Source of the DNA: Spirochaetia bacterium
GTDB taxonomy: Bacteria > Spirochaetota > Spirochaetia > DSM-2461
DNA: 64,000 nucleotides
Direction: 5' to 3'
NCBI GenBank assembly: GCA_963668315.1
Contig: OY764216.1
Coordinates: 3,456,001-3,520,000 of the forward strand
This document shows, piece by piece, positions 49,855 through 60,367 of this stretch. The notes below the pieces were generated by a model. The model did not search any database, had not been told where the DNA came from, and saw only the letters and a list, made by a program, of their open reading frames with translations. Position 1 is the first letter of the stretch; every line of letters starts with the position of its first letter. The translations under genes were made by a program, and so were the position numbers.

Positions 49855-51021
49855 CTAACAGAGGGCCCCGTAGACCACCGAGCGTATGCGGGGCTGGTGA
49901 ATCTCTTCCCGGTTGGGAAAAAGCTGCTGCATATACACGATGGAGAGCTGTTCATCCGGATCGATGAGAACAAACGTCCCCAGATAACCGGACCAGCCGA
50001 ACTCTCCCGGATTGGTGTTTATGCCCCCCCTGCCTCTGTCAATCGCCGTTCTGACACCGTATCCGTAACCGTAGCCCGAGAGATAGGCCCAGTTGTAGTC
50101 CTGACGCATCTCTTCCGTCAGGATATTGGTACGCATCATATCTATGGTATTGCCGGCCAGGTAACGCCGTCCGTCTGCGATGCCCCCTTGCGCCATCATG
50201 GAGGCGAATTTCTGATAATCTCCCAGGGTTGACAGCAATCCGGCACCGCCGATGGCAGGCCAGTTCTCGCCGTAATAGGTGAAGTCTCCGTCGGTACTGG
50301 GATAATACTGGCCGGCCTCGTCTTTTTTGAAATAGGCGCAGAGCCGGCTGTCCTCCTTATCGGCGAAGCGGAAAAAGGAGTTTTCCATTCCCAGGGGACG
50401 GAATATCTCATCCTGAAGAAAATCTTCAAAGGGTTTATCCGCCAGGACTTCAATTAACGCGCCCAGAACGTCATGGCTTGTCCCGTACCGCCATCTGGTA
50501 CCCGGCTCGAAAGCCAGGGGGGCTTCGGATAAAGCCGCCGTATAGTCTCTCAGAGTGATTATCCGGCCCGATTGCGCTTCTTCCCGGAGTCTCTTTATTT
50601 TTTCCCCAGCGATTCGACCGGCTCCGGCGTCGTCGTCCCCGTAGCATAAGCCGCTGGTCATTCCGAAGAGATCTTTTATCCTGATGGGATTCCGGGCTTT
50701 CTCCCTGGTGAGAAGTCCGTTGGGAGTGGGGCGCAGAACCGTCATGTCTTTGAATTCGGCCAGATAATCGGAAAGGGGATCCCCCATCAGGAATTTCCCC
50801 CTTTCATAAAGCATCAGAGCCGCGGCGGCGGTAATCACCTTCGTCATGGAATACACCCGGAAAAGGGTGCCCCCGTCCATGGGAATTTTCAGTTCCCGGT
50901 CGCGATAGCCGAAGCACCGGTCATAAACGGTTTCTCCCCTGTGAACGACAGAGCAGGAACATCCCCTGGGACCGTCCTTCAAAAAGGAAGACAGAAGATC
51001 ATCCATTCTCTTCTCAAGCAT
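49855..51021 (-). CDS. Serine hydrolase, beta-lactamase-related esterase family
   Basis: SMTK (SxxK), PLAFEPGTRWRYG and FGWSG motifs. Confidence 0.88.
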   Translation of the reverse strand: MLEKRMDDLLSSFLKDGPRGCSCSVVHRGETVYDRCFGYRDRELKIPMDGGTLFRVYSMTKVITAAAALMLYERGKFLMGDPLSDYLAEFKDMTVLRPTPNGLLTREKARNPIRIKDLFGMTSGLCYGDDDAGAGRIAGEKIKRLREEAQSGRIITLRDYTAALSEAPLAFEPGTRWRYGTSHDVLGALIEVLADKPFEDFLQDEIFRPLGMENSFFRFADKEDSRLCAYFKKDEAGQYYPSTDGDFTYYGENWPAIGGAGLLSTLGDYQKFASMMAQGGIADGRRYLAGNTIDMMRTNILTEEMRQDYNWAYLSGYGYGYGVRTAIDRGRGGINTNPGEFGWSGYLGTFVLIDPDEQLSIVYMQQLFPNREEIHQPRIRSVVYGALC

Positions 51022-51092
51022 AACAAACTCCCATATGATTATACATTATGGATAATAATATATAATCATATTTTTCTGTTGTATAGCTTTTT

Positions 51093-52211
51093 TTAGAGGA
51101 TGATCAGTTCGTATTCCCTTTTTCCCAGACCGATTTTCTCCCCGTGCTCGAGGCAGGTTTTCCAGTCCGTATCGGGATGGGTCATGCAGAAATGATCGCC
51201 CCCTTCTTCTGAGGGATTCGCATGAATTTGATCGTCCAGAATGCTGCTGCCGATGACGGGCATTTTGTTGGAAAGGTCGGCGCAGGCCTTGTCCAGCGCC
51301 ACGGGATCAAAGGAGGCCAGCATACCCACATCGGGAATGATGGGGATATCGTTTTCCGAATGGCAGTCACAGTTGGGCGATACATCGCATATAAGGGAGA
51401 TGTGAAAGCAGGGACGGTCTTGGCAGACGGCCAGGCTGTATTCGGCCATTTTCCTGTTCAGATTCGTTACGGTAGTCCCGAAATCGGTGACGACGGCGTC
51501 TTTGGGGCAGACGCTCAGACATCTCCCGCAGCCTACGCATTTGTTCTGGTCTATGGTGGCGATCCTGTTTTCGATAACCGGCGCATTGTGGGCGCAGATT
51601 TTCAGACAGGCGCCGCATCCGATGCATTTCTCTTCCATGACCCGGGGCTTACCTTCGCTGTGCTGCTCCATTTTTCCGGCCCGGGATCCGCAGCCCATGC
51701 CGATGTTTTTTATTGTTCCGCCGAAGCCGGTCATCTCATGTCCCTTGAAATGGGTAAGGGAGATAAACACATCGGCGTCCATGATGGCATGTCCAATGCG
51801 GGCCTCCTTCACGTACTCCCCGTTAAGGGGAACAAGGGTTTCGTCTGTTCCCTTAAGCCCGTCGGCGATAATGACATGGCAGCCGGTCTGCAGAGGGGAG
51901 AATCCGTTGACATAGGCCGTTTCCATATGATCGATGGCATTTTTACGGCTTCCCACATACAAGGTATTGCAGTCGGTCAGAAAGGGCTTTCCCCCCAGTT
52001 CCTTTACGTAATCGGCAACTACCTTCGCATAGTTCGGTCTGAGAAAGGCAAGATTTCCGTACTCTCCGAAATGGATTTTAATGGCGGCGTACTTATCGGT
52101 GAAATCAATGGTATCCATTCCCGCTTCTTTGATAAGCCGCTTTAATTTCTGAAGAAGGTTTTCCCTCATTGTTGTTTTAAAAGTGGTAAAATAAACCTGT
52201 GAACCGGACAT
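51093..52211 (-). CDS. DUF362 family Fe-S protein
   Basis: KIHFGE, HFKGH and KNIGMG motifs; two CxxCxxCxxxC ferredoxin motifs; SPNCDC. Confidence 0.85.
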   Translation of the reverse strand: MSGSQVYFTTFKTTMRENLLQKLKRLIKEAGMDTIDFTDKYAAIKIHFGEYGNLAFLRPNYAKVVADYVKELGGKPFLTDCNTLYVGSRKNAIDHMETAYVNGFSPLQTGCHVIIADGLKGTDETLVPLNGEYVKEARIGHAIMDADVFISLTHFKGHEMTGFGGTIKNIGMGCGSRAGKMEQHSEGKPRVMEEKCIGCGACLKICAHNAPVIENRIATIDQNKCVGCGRCLSVCPKDAVVTDFGTTVTNLNRKMAEYSLAVCQDRPCFHISLICDVSPNCDCHSENDIPIIPDVGMLASFDPVALDKACADLSNKMPVIGSSILDDQIHANPSEEGGDHFCMTHPDTDWKTCLEHGEKIGLGKREYELIIL

Positions 52212-52307
52212 AACTGTCTCCTCATTTTAAGATGCCCTATTTACACTATAAATCGTAAATAGGGTCAAGGGATAAAAGTGATAAATCAGGAATTGCTCCC
52301 TGTGGCT

Positions 52308-54524
52308 TTACTGGTTAAAACCATGTCTGACGATGGTAAAGTCGCCAAGGGGAAAATCTTTTTTCTCCGTTTCCGTGCTTATATGGCCCTCCCGGGATGA
52401 GATTTTGACAAGGGTATATTTCCCCTCCCGGTAATTGAAGGTTAATCCGTCGTCGAAATATAAGGTCCTTTCCCTGTCCGGGCCGCTGTATATATGCAGT
52501 TCCGGTGCCGCATAACTGCCTCCCAGATGCTGCGCGGGCCTGTCCCGCAGCAGTATGGATCCCTCCCGGACAAAGAGGGGCAGTTTTTCAAGGGGAGCCT
52601 CAATCACCCGGTATCCCCCCTGGTAAATCTGATCCGTTTCCACATCGTACCATCGGCCTTCGGGAAAATATACCATACGGTGGCGCGCTCCCCTGTGAAG
52701 AACCGGTGCGGCCAGGAGGTCCTCTCCTATGAAGAACTGATCGTCCATATTGAGAATCTCTCCCTCCCCGCCGCCGTGATAGCACATGGGCCTCAAGACG
52801 GGATCACCCTTGACGGAGCTGTTATGGAAAAGCTGATACAGTTCGCTGATGAGGGAATAACGAAGCTTGATCGCCTTTTTAACGGCCTTTTCCGTTTCGG
52901 CGCCGAAGGCCCAGGGTTCCTGATGGAGGGAATTGATGGAACTGTGATTGCGGCAGAGGGGATAACAGACGCCCAGCTGGCTCCAACGGATAAGAAGCTC
53001 CGGTTCCCCGTCTCCGACGAATCCCCCTATGTCGGAACCGACAAAGGTAAAACCGCTCAGTCCCAGATTCAGGAGCATGGGAATGCTGGCGGCCATATGC
53101 TCCCATAAAGACGTATTGTCTCCCGTCCACAGGGCGGCATAGCGCTGCGTGCCGGGGGAGGCGGAACGGGTCAGGACAAAGGGCCGCTTGCGGTTACTGC
53201 CCTCAGAAGAAGGGCACAGGGCTTCATAGGTCGCCTTCCCGTGATAATGGCCGTAAAGGTTATGGGTCTCCTTCTGGAGGCGTATTTCCCCGCTGTCCGT
53301 CCTCTGGCGGCACTCTTCGGGAACCGTTTTGGATGGGTTCGACATATCGGCCGGTTCATTCATATCATTCCAGATCCCCTCCACGCCGAGCTCCTCCAGG
53401 CCTTTAACAAATGTACCCCACCATGCCCGTACTTCTTCCCTGAGAAAATCGGGGAAAAAACTCTCTCCGGGCCAGACCTGGCCGATATAATCTTTCCCCC
53501 GGGAATCTTTGATGAAGTAATCCTTTTGGCGCCCCTGGTCGCAGAGGGCGTATCCATTTTCGACCTTTACACCCGGATCGATGATGACGACCAGTTTGAA
53601 GTTCATCTTCTTCAGTTTTTCAATCATTCCTCTGAAATCGGGGAAAGCCCGGGGATCCTGGGTGAACACTTTATAGTGGTCCATGTAGTCAATATCCAGG
53701 TAAATGACATCGGCGGGTATCTTTCTTTCCCGGAACTCCCTGGCCAGTTCCAGAACCTCGGCGGCCGTTTTATAGGACCAGCGGCACTGCTGGTATCCCA
53801 GAAAATCCCGCCGGGGCAGGGGCATCCGCCCGGTGAGCTGTCCGTAGGAGCGCACAATCTCCCCGAGACTCCTTCCGTAGATAAAAAAGTAATCCGGAAG
53901 GCCGCCGTCGGCTTTAAAGGTCAGATCGGCGGAATATTTGCCGAAGTCGAAGGAATTCCGGTAGGAAAGGTGGTGATATATGCCGTAGAAATGTTTTCCG
54001 TCCGTACCGATGTAGAAAGGAATGTTGGTATGATAGGCTTTCTGCGCCGCCGTATGGACGGGGGAGACGCCCAGAACATCGGTATTCCAGTTCTCCGTTT
54101 CCCTTCCCAGCAGATTCAAAGTGCCGTATTTCTCGCCCAGACCGTAGAAGGCCGTTTCCCACTCGATCTTCCTCTTCATGATATGGGCATATATTTTCCC
54201 CCTCTCCCTGTTGAGGATATCATACTCCTGCTCTTCCACCTCTCTGTCGTCATCGACGGCGGAATAAAGGATGGGGCCGGCATCTTCTACGATAGGACGG
54301 CCCGAGAGATCCCTTATGGAAACCTGTCCGTCGTCGCCTATCTTAACGGAAAAATCGGGAAACTGAAGAATCGGTTTATCCGCCCGGTGGGTGGTAGGCT
54401 GCAGTTCGGAACTGAAGCTGTCGGTGATATCCTCCGGCTGTTCCCCGTAGGTAAATCGCAGGATTCTCTCTGAATAGGACCGGATGGTCAAATCGTGTGA
54501 AGGGGTGATTTTATTCTTTTCCAT
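52308..54524 (-). CDS. GH31 alpha-glucosidase
   Basis: GYQQCRWSY, LDIDYM, WNDMNEP nucleophile and WTGDN motifs. Confidence 0.92.
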   Translation of the reverse strand: MEKNKITPSHDLTIRSYSERILRFTYGEQPEDITDSFSSELQPTTHRADKPILQFPDFSVKIGDDGQVSIRDLSGRPIVEDAGPILYSAVDDDREVEEQEYDILNRERGKIYAHIMKRKIEWETAFYGLGEKYGTLNLLGRETENWNTDVLGVSPVHTAAQKAYHTNIPFYIGTDGKHFYGIYHHLSYRNSFDFGKYSADLTFKADGGLPDYFFIYGRSLGEIVRSYGQLTGRMPLPRRDFLGYQQCRWSYKTAAEVLELAREFRERKIPADVIYLDIDYMDHYKVFTQDPRAFPDFRGMIEKLKKMNFKLVVIIDPGVKVENGYALCDQGRQKDYFIKDSRGKDYIGQVWPGESFFPDFLREEVRAWWGTFVKGLEELGVEGIWNDMNEPADMSNPSKTVPEECRQRTDSGEIRLQKETHNLYGHYHGKATYEALCPSSEGSNRKRPFVLTRSASPGTQRYAALWTGDNTSLWEHMAASIPMLLNLGLSGFTFVGSDIGGFVGDGEPELLIRWSQLGVCYPLCRNHSSINSLHQEPWAFGAETEKAVKKAIKLRYSLISELYQLFHNSSVKGDPVLRPMCYHGGGEGEILNMDDQFFIGEDLLAAPVLHRGARHRMVYFPEGRWYDVETDQIYQGGYRVIEAPLEKLPLFVREGSILLRDRPAQHLGGSYAAPELHIYSGPDRERTLYFDDGLTFNYREGKYTLVKISSREGHISTETEKKDFPLGDFTIVRHGFNQ

Positions 54525-54665
54525 ATCAACTATTATAACCTTAAAGTAGAGAAAAATACACCATTTCATTAATGTAGCTTTTTCATTAATGAAGATAAGA
54601 AGCCTACAAGGGCTAAAACATTTCAATATAAGAAATAAAACTGTTTTCCTGTCAAAGGGAAAGTT

Positions 54666-54681
54666 TGGTATAGTTTTTGCA
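54666..54681 (+). promoter_or_regulatory. sigma54 (-24/-12) promoter candidate
   Basis: TGGTATAGTTTTTGCA (GG-N10-GC) upstream of the amt fusion. Confidence 0.6.
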
Positions 54682-54734
54682 ATAATGTATAAAAGTTAAA
54701 AAAAAGGCGTTTGTCTTCAATCGCGGAGAACAAA

Positions 54735-56693
54735 ATGAAAATTAAATCGGCAGTATTTCTCTTCCTTCTTTCTCTGTCACAGGTATTTTCCCAGGAAAGT
54801 GTTGATATGGTCGGCCACGGAAAAAACATCAGTGATATTCTCTGGGTCCTGGTCGCCGCCATATTGGTCTTTCTCATGCAGGCGGGATTTATGGCTCTGG
54901 AAACCGGTTTGTCCCGGGCGAAAAATTCGATCAATGTGGCCATAAAAAACGTGACGGACTTTATCTTTTCCGTGGCCGCCTTCTGGTTTATCGGTTACGG
55001 AATCATGTTCGGCCGATCTTTTAGAGGAGTCGTGGGAATCTCCGATTTTTTCACATCCTTCGATGAGGATAACTGGAAAGCCACTTTCTTTGTGTTCCAG
55101 GCCGTCTTCGTGGGGACCGCCGCCACCATCGATTCGGGAGTTATCGCGGAAAGGGCCAAATTCGGAACCTACCTATTAATGTCATTCATCACATCCGCCG
55201 TTATCTATCCCGTTTTCGGTCACTGGGCCTGGGGCGGACTTTTCTATGAGGATCAGGCCGGATGGCTCCAGAAGCTGGGTTTTCTGGATTTTGCCGGTTC
55301 CAGCGTCGTTCATTCCATAGGAGGGTGGGTGGGCCTCGCCGGCGCCATCGTGATAGGCCCCCGGATGGGACGGTTCGCCGCCGACGGCACTCCCCAGAAG
55401 ATACAGGGCCATAATATCGTTTTTGCCTATCTGGGGACTTTTATCCTGTTTTTCGGATGGTTCGGATTCAATGCGGGAAGTTCTCTGGGTGCCCATCCCT
55501 ATGTGGCCAATATTGTTCTGAACACCATGGTTTCCGCTTCCTTCGGCGGAATAGCGGCCATGTTCCTCAGCCTTTTTCTCAGCAGGAGCCGCCTTCCCGA
55601 ACCGGAGATGATTATCAACGGCATCATTGCCGGGCTGGTAGCCGTCACGGCGGGCTGTGCCTATGTCGGTACGGTCGCAGCCATGCTGATCGGGACGGGC
55701 GCGGGCTTCACCGTCTACTTCGGAACGGAGTTTCTTGAAAAGCGCGGCATAGATGATGTGGTATCCGCCGTTCCTGTCCATGCCTTCTCGGGAGTCTGGG
55801 GGACCATGGCAACGGGGATTTTCATTAAGAGTTCCCATCTCGCCGAAACCGGTATGAGCCGGCTGAAGCTGGTGGAGGTGCAGGCTCTGGGCGTGGTCAT
55901 CTGTTTCATCTGGGGATTCGGCATTTCCCTGATAATCCTGAAAATCATTAAGAAGTTCGTTCCCGTCCGCGTTTCTGAGGAGCATGAGAAGATCGGCTTG
56001 AATATCGCGGAACACGGATCAAGCTCCAGTATTCTCGAATTATCCAACTCGATGAGGAGCATCATTGAAAATGCCCAGTTAGGAACACTCAATAAGCTGG
56101 AGACCGAGGTCGGGACGGAAATAGGGGATTTGACAAATTACTTCAACGTCATGGTCGACCGGCTGAAGGAGAAAGAGGAGATCGCCGACAAGGCACTCGA
56201 GTCCTTGCGGTATATTTCGGTGAGGGACGGACTGACAAAGGTCTATAACAAGAAGTATATAAGCAATTTCCTCAAGGAGGAAGTTTCCCGGAGTCATCGG
56301 TACGGAAACAAGGTATCCGTCATTCTTTATGACATCGATTTCTTCAAGAGCATCAATGACAATTACGGCCATCAGGTGGGAGACTATGTCCTGGTACGAA
56401 TTTCCGAAATGCTGAAAAATAATCTGCGAGAGACAGATATACTCGGCCGATACGGCGGGGAGGAGTTTCTTGTCATTCTGCCTGAGACTGATTTAAACGA
56501 CGCCTATCTCCTGGCCGACCGACTGAGGGAAAGCCTTTATCATATCGAATGGGATTTCGACAGGACAAGGAAGCTTACCCTCAGCGGAGGCGTGGTGGAG
56601 AACATAGGGGAAGACTCGGAGCGGATGGTCGGCCGGGCTGACGAGCTCCTCTATGTGGCGAAAGAGAAGGGGAGGAACAGGATCGAGAAATAA
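54735..56693 (+). CDS. amt: Ammonium transporter fused to a GGDEF diguanylate cyclase domain
   Basis: MQAGF, AER, DFAGS, VVH, GWFGFN and PVH motifs; C-terminal DGLT...RETD..GRYGGEEF. Confidence 0.9.
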   Translation: MKIKSAVFLFLLSLSQVFSQESVDMVGHGKNISDILWVLVAAILVFLMQAGFMALETGLSRAKNSINVAIKNVTDFIFSVAAFWFIGYGIMFGRSFRGVVGISDFFTSFDEDNWKATFFVFQAVFVGTAATIDSGVIAERAKFGTYLLMSFITSAVIYPVFGHWAWGGLFYEDQAGWLQKLGFLDFAGSSVVHSIGGWVGLAGAIVIGPRMGRFAADGTPQKIQGHNIVFAYLGTFILFFGWFGFNAGSSLGAHPYVANIVLNTMVSASFGGIAAMFLSLFLSRSRLPEPEMIINGIIAGLVAVTAGCAYVGTVAAMLIGTGAGFTVYFGTEFLEKRGIDDVVSAVPVHAFSGVWGTMATGIFIKSSHLAETGMSRLKLVEVQALGVVICFIWGFGISLIILKIIKKFVPVRVSEEHEKIGLNIAEHGSSSSILELSNSMRSIIENAQLGTLNKLETEVGTEIGDLTNYFNVMVDRLKEKEEIADKALESLRYISVRDGLTKVYNKKYISNFLKEEVSRSHRYGNKVSVILYDIDFFKSINDNYGHQVGDYVLVRISEMLKNNLRETDILGRYGGEEFLVILPETDLNDAYLLADRLRESLYHIEWDFDRTRKLTLSGGVVENIGEDSERMVGRADELLYVAKEKGRNRIEK

Positions 56694-56702
56694 GGGGTCT
56701 TC

Positions 56703-57686
56703 CTATTTCACCTCCCGTTTCGATTCTCCTGTGTTGTAAAAATCCTTCAGTCCCTGCAGGCTCTCCTCCACCATCTCCCTGACGGCGGAATCGGTATAGA
56801 AAGCCATATGCTGGGTCATGGTGACATTGGGGAACTGACGCAGGTAGGCCATGCCCCTGTTGGCAATAATTTCCGTTCTCCTGTCCAGATGGTATATTCC
56901 CTCTTCCTGTTCTATCACGTCCAGCCCCAGGGAACTGATTTTCCGGCTTTCGATTCCTTCGATTACCGCTTCAATATCGATAAGGTCACCCCGGGCGGTA
57001 TTTATCAGCACCACGCCGTCCTTCATCCGCTCAAGGGTTTCTCTGTTGATCACATGGTGGGTTTCCGGCGTCAGAGGGATATGGAGAGTAATCACATCGC
57101 TCTCACTCAGCAGCTGATCGAGTGCCACATGTGTGGCCTTTTCTTCCAGGGAAGGATTTTCCCTTCGGCCGTGAACAAGAATCCGGCAGCCGAAACCCTG
57201 CAGGCAGTCGATGACCGAAGCCCCGATTTTTCCGTTTCCCCAGACTCCTACCGTAAGGTTCCTCATCTCCCGCCCCTGCAGTCCCGCCAGAGAGTAATCG
57301 TTCACATTCCCCCGGAATAACGCCGCCTTATAGTGCCTCAGAGCCATAAGCATATGCATTACGGTAAACTCCGCCACCCCGTTGGGGGCATAATGGGAAT
57401 TGGCAATTCCGATTCCCAGTTCCCCGGCCGCCTGTACGTCTATGTGGTTGAAACCGATGGTTCTGGTGGAGACATAACCTATGGCGAAGCTCTTCAGTTT
57501 TTCCAGAATCTCCCGGTTGATATGGCTGTGGCCCAGGACGGTTATTCCGTCGCTTCCCTTCAAGCTTTCAATATTATCAATAGTTAAATTCTCATGGACG
57601 TATTCAATTTCCAGATCCATGGAATCGCTTAGTTCCTTAAAGTAGGGCAATTCATCGGGACGGACTTCAAAGGCAGTAATTTTCAT
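56703..57686 (-). CDS. D-isomer-specific 2-hydroxyacid dehydrogenase (D-LDH-like)
   Basis: GNGKIG, LINTARG, LDVIEQE and HMAFYT motifs. Confidence 0.88.
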   Translation of the reverse strand: MKITAFEVRPDELPYFKELSDSMDLEIEYVHENLTIDNIESLKGSDGITVLGHSHINREILEKLKSFAIGYVSTRTIGFNHIDVQAAGELGIGIANSHYAPNGVAEFTVMHMLMALRHYKAALFRGNVNDYSLAGLQGREMRNLTVGVWGNGKIGASVIDCLQGFGCRILVHGRRENPSLEEKATHVALDQLLSESDVITLHIPLTPETHHVINRETLERMKDGVVLINTARGDLIDIEAVIEGIESRKISSLGLDVIEQEEGIYHLDRRTEIIANRGMAYLRQFPNVTMTQHMAFYTDSAVREMVEESLQGLKDFYNTGESKREVK

Positions 57687-57833
57687 GAGTATCTCCTGAT
57701 TTCGATTATGAAATTGAGGCGCATGGGGTGCGCCATGGGGGCATCCTATATCATATTGAAATTATAATCAACTAAATGTATAATATTCTACATATTGTGA
57801 AATATTAAGATGATTTTCCATTAAGGACCATTT

Positions 57834-58469
57834 ATGAAACGAGAAACGATGCTGGAGCAATTATCCCGGCTGGCCGAAGGTCTGTCGCAGACGTTCGGCA
57901 GTTCCTGCGAGACGGTCATCCATGATATGGATAACCGCAAGGAATCCATACTATCCATAAACAACGGCCATGTCACGGGACGTTCCGTGGGGGATCCCTT
58001 CAATATTCTGGGAAAACCCAAGGAGATCAGCGAGTTTATGAAAAACAAGACCGATCTGATAAACTGCCTGGGAAAGACGGAAGACGGACGGGTGATTAAA
58101 AGCTCCACCTTCCAGTTCATCGGTGATGACTTCCATTTCTCCCTGGGAATCAATTATGACCTGACTCTGCTCTCCCTGGCGGAGAAGGCGATAAAGGACA
58201 TCTCCACCGTATCGGTTGACCTGGAAGAGAAGCTGAACGAATCGGAATCAGGCAGCCTTGAACAGATTTTCCAGGACTGTCTGGACAGGATGGGAAAGCC
58301 CCTGATCATGTTCAACCGGGAAGACCGGAAGCGCATGATCGGTTATCTCCATGAGAAGAAGGCCTTTACCATACAGAAGAGTATTCCCCAGGTTTCGGAA
58401 AAACTGGGGATCTCACGGCATACGGTCTATAATTATCTTAATCAGCTGAGCTCCAGAGCCCCCGTGTAG
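57834..58469 (+). CDS. YheO/DauR-like PAS-HTH transcriptional regulator
   Basis: CETVIHD, NGHVTGRSVG, IKSST and LGISRHTVYNYL motifs. Confidence 0.85.
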   Translation: MKRETMLEQLSRLAEGLSQTFGSSCETVIHDMDNRKESILSINNGHVTGRSVGDPFNILGKPKEISEFMKNKTDLINCLGKTEDGRVIKSSTFQFIGDDFHFSLGINYDLTLLSLAEKAIKDISTVSVDLEEKLNESESGSLEQIFQDCLDRMGKPLIMFNREDRKRMIGYLHEKKAFTIQKSIPQVSEKLGISRHTVYNYLNQLSSRAPV

Positions 58470-60364
58470 AGCTGGTAGTACTCTCCTTTCTTCCCTATGA
58501 GCTCCTCGTGGTTTCCCCGTTCTATGATGCGGCCCTGTTCCAGTACGATTATGGCGTCGGCATTCTTGATGGTGGACAGCCTGTGAGCTATGACGAAGAC
58601 GGTTCTGCCCTTCATCAGGGCGTCCATCCCTTCCTGCACGATTTTCTCCGTACGCGTATCGATGGAGCTGGTGGCTTCGTCAAGGATCATGACGGGAGGA
58701 TCGGCCACGGCGGCCCTGGCTATGGAGAGCAGCTGCCTCTGTCCCTGGGACATGCCGTTGCCTCCGGCCTTCAGTTCTGTCTGATATCCCTGGGGCAGCA
58801 TCATGATAAAGTCGTGGGCATTGGCCAGTCTGGCCGCCTCGATACACTCCTCGTCGGTGGCGTCGAGCCTACCGTAGCGAATGTTCTCCATGACGGTACC
58901 GGTGAACAGGTTGACGTCCTGCAGAACGATCCCCAGGGAACGGCGCAGGTCGTTTTTCCTGATTTTCCCTATATTGATGCCGTCATAGCGGATTTTCCCG
59001 TCCGAGATATCGTAGAAACGGTTGATCAGATTGGTAATGGTGGTTTTTCCCGCTCCCGTAGAGCCGACCAGGGCGATTTTCTCTCCCGCTTTGGCATCAA
59101 GGCTCACCTCCCTGAGAATCGGTTTGTCCGGTGAGTAGGAAAAGTTGACCCTTTCCAGCTCCACCTCTCCCTTGAGCATCTGATAGGTCAGATTCCCGTC
59201 TCCGTGGGGATGCTTCCAGGCCCAGTGTTCCGTCCGCTCATCCGTCTCGACCCAGGCGCTCTTCACTTCTTTCATGTTCACCAGAGTCACGTATCCTTTG
59301 TCCTCCTCCGGTTCCTGATCCATCAGGTGGAATATCCTCTTGGCACCGGCGAAGGCCATGATGACCGCATTCATCTGCTGGGAGACCTGAGCCATGGGCA
59401 TGATGAAACTGCGGGACAGCTGCAGAAAGGAGGCGATGACTCCCAGGGAAAGGGCACTGAAACCTGTCAGGGACAGATTGGGGACGCGGCTTATGGCCAG
59501 AAATCCCCCCACGATCGCGACAAGCACATACAGGTAGTAGCCGAAATTATTCATGGCCGGCATAAGGACGTTGGCGTAGCCGTTGGCCTTCCTGGCATGG
59601 GAATAGAGCATTTCGTTCTTCTCGTTGAAATCCCTGTTGACCGCTTCTTCATGGTTAAACACTTTCACCACTTTCAGTCCGCTGATCATCTCTTCTATGT
59701 ATCCGTTCACATCTCCCAGAGATTCCTGCTGGCGCACAAAGTAGTGTCCGCTTTTCTTCACAATCAGCCGGGCGACAAAGAGAATGAAGAATACGACAAT
59801 CAGTGTAAAGAGGGAGAGCCAGACGCTCAGGTAGAGCATAGAGGCGAACACCGTGATAATCGTGACCAGCGAAGAGAAAAGCTGGGGCAGGCTCTGGGTG
59901 AGCATCTGCCTCAGGGTGTCCGCGTCGTTGGTAAAACGGCTCATCATGTCCCCGTGGCTGTGGGTATCGAAATATTTAATGGGAAGCTTCTGCATTTTGG
60001 CGAACATGGTATCACGGATTTTTTTCAGGGTGCCCTGGGCGATGGTAACCATAAGGCGGTTGTAGAGCAGGGTGCTGAGCACTCCGGAGACATAGATGCA
60101 CGCCATGACGGACAGAGCTTTGAAAAGGCCGGCATAGGAGGGATCTCTCTGCCCCAGGAGAGGAACGATGTAGTCGTCTATCAGCATTTTGAGAAAGAGG
60201 CTGGAAGCGGCCGATGCGGCTGCCCCGAGGATGATACAGATCACCACGATGACAAGCAGAAGGGGATAATCCCGCATATAGCGGAATACGCGAAGCATGG
60301 TCTCCCTGTCGGCTTTGGGCCGGGCGGAACCGGGCTTTTGAACTTTGGTTTCTTTCTGGGCCAT
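58442..60364 (-). CDS. ABC exporter ATP-binding/permease subunit
   Basis: TMD plus GSTGAGKT, SQGQRQ, DEATS and AHRLST motifs. Confidence 0.93.
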   Translation of the reverse strand: MAQKETKVQKPGSARPKADRETMLRVFRYMRDYPLLLVIVVICIILGAAASAASSLFLKMLIDDYIVPLLGQRDPSYAGLFKALSVMACIYVSGVLSTLLYNRLMVTIAQGTLKKIRDTMFAKMQKLPIKYFDTHSHGDMMSRFTNDADTLRQMLTQSLPQLFSSLVTIITVFASMLYLSVWLSLFTLIVVFFILFVARLIVKKSGHYFVRQQESLGDVNGYIEEMISGLKVVKVFNHEEAVNRDFNEKNEMLYSHARKANGYANVLMPAMNNFGYYLYVLVAIVGGFLAISRVPNLSLTGFSALSLGVIASFLQLSRSFIMPMAQVSQQMNAVIMAFAGAKRIFHLMDQEPEEDKGYVTLVNMKEVKSAWVETDERTEHWAWKHPHGDGNLTYQMLKGEVELERVNFSYSPDKPILREVSLDAKAGEKIALVGSTGAGKTTITNLINRFYDISDGKIRYDGINIGKIRKNDLRRSLGIVLQDVNLFTGTVMENIRYGRLDATDEECIEAARLANAHDFIMMLPQGYQTELKAGGNGMSQGQRQLLSIARAAVADPPVMILDEATSSIDTRTEKIVQEGMDALMKGRTVFVIAHRLSTIKNADAIIVLEQGRIIERGNHEELIGKKGEYYQLYTGALELS

Positions 60365-60367
60365 GGT

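Noticed and set aside
49855..51021. Class C beta-lactamase resistance gene
   Set aside because: No signal peptide or KTG motif; it fits the cytoplasmic esterase-type members.
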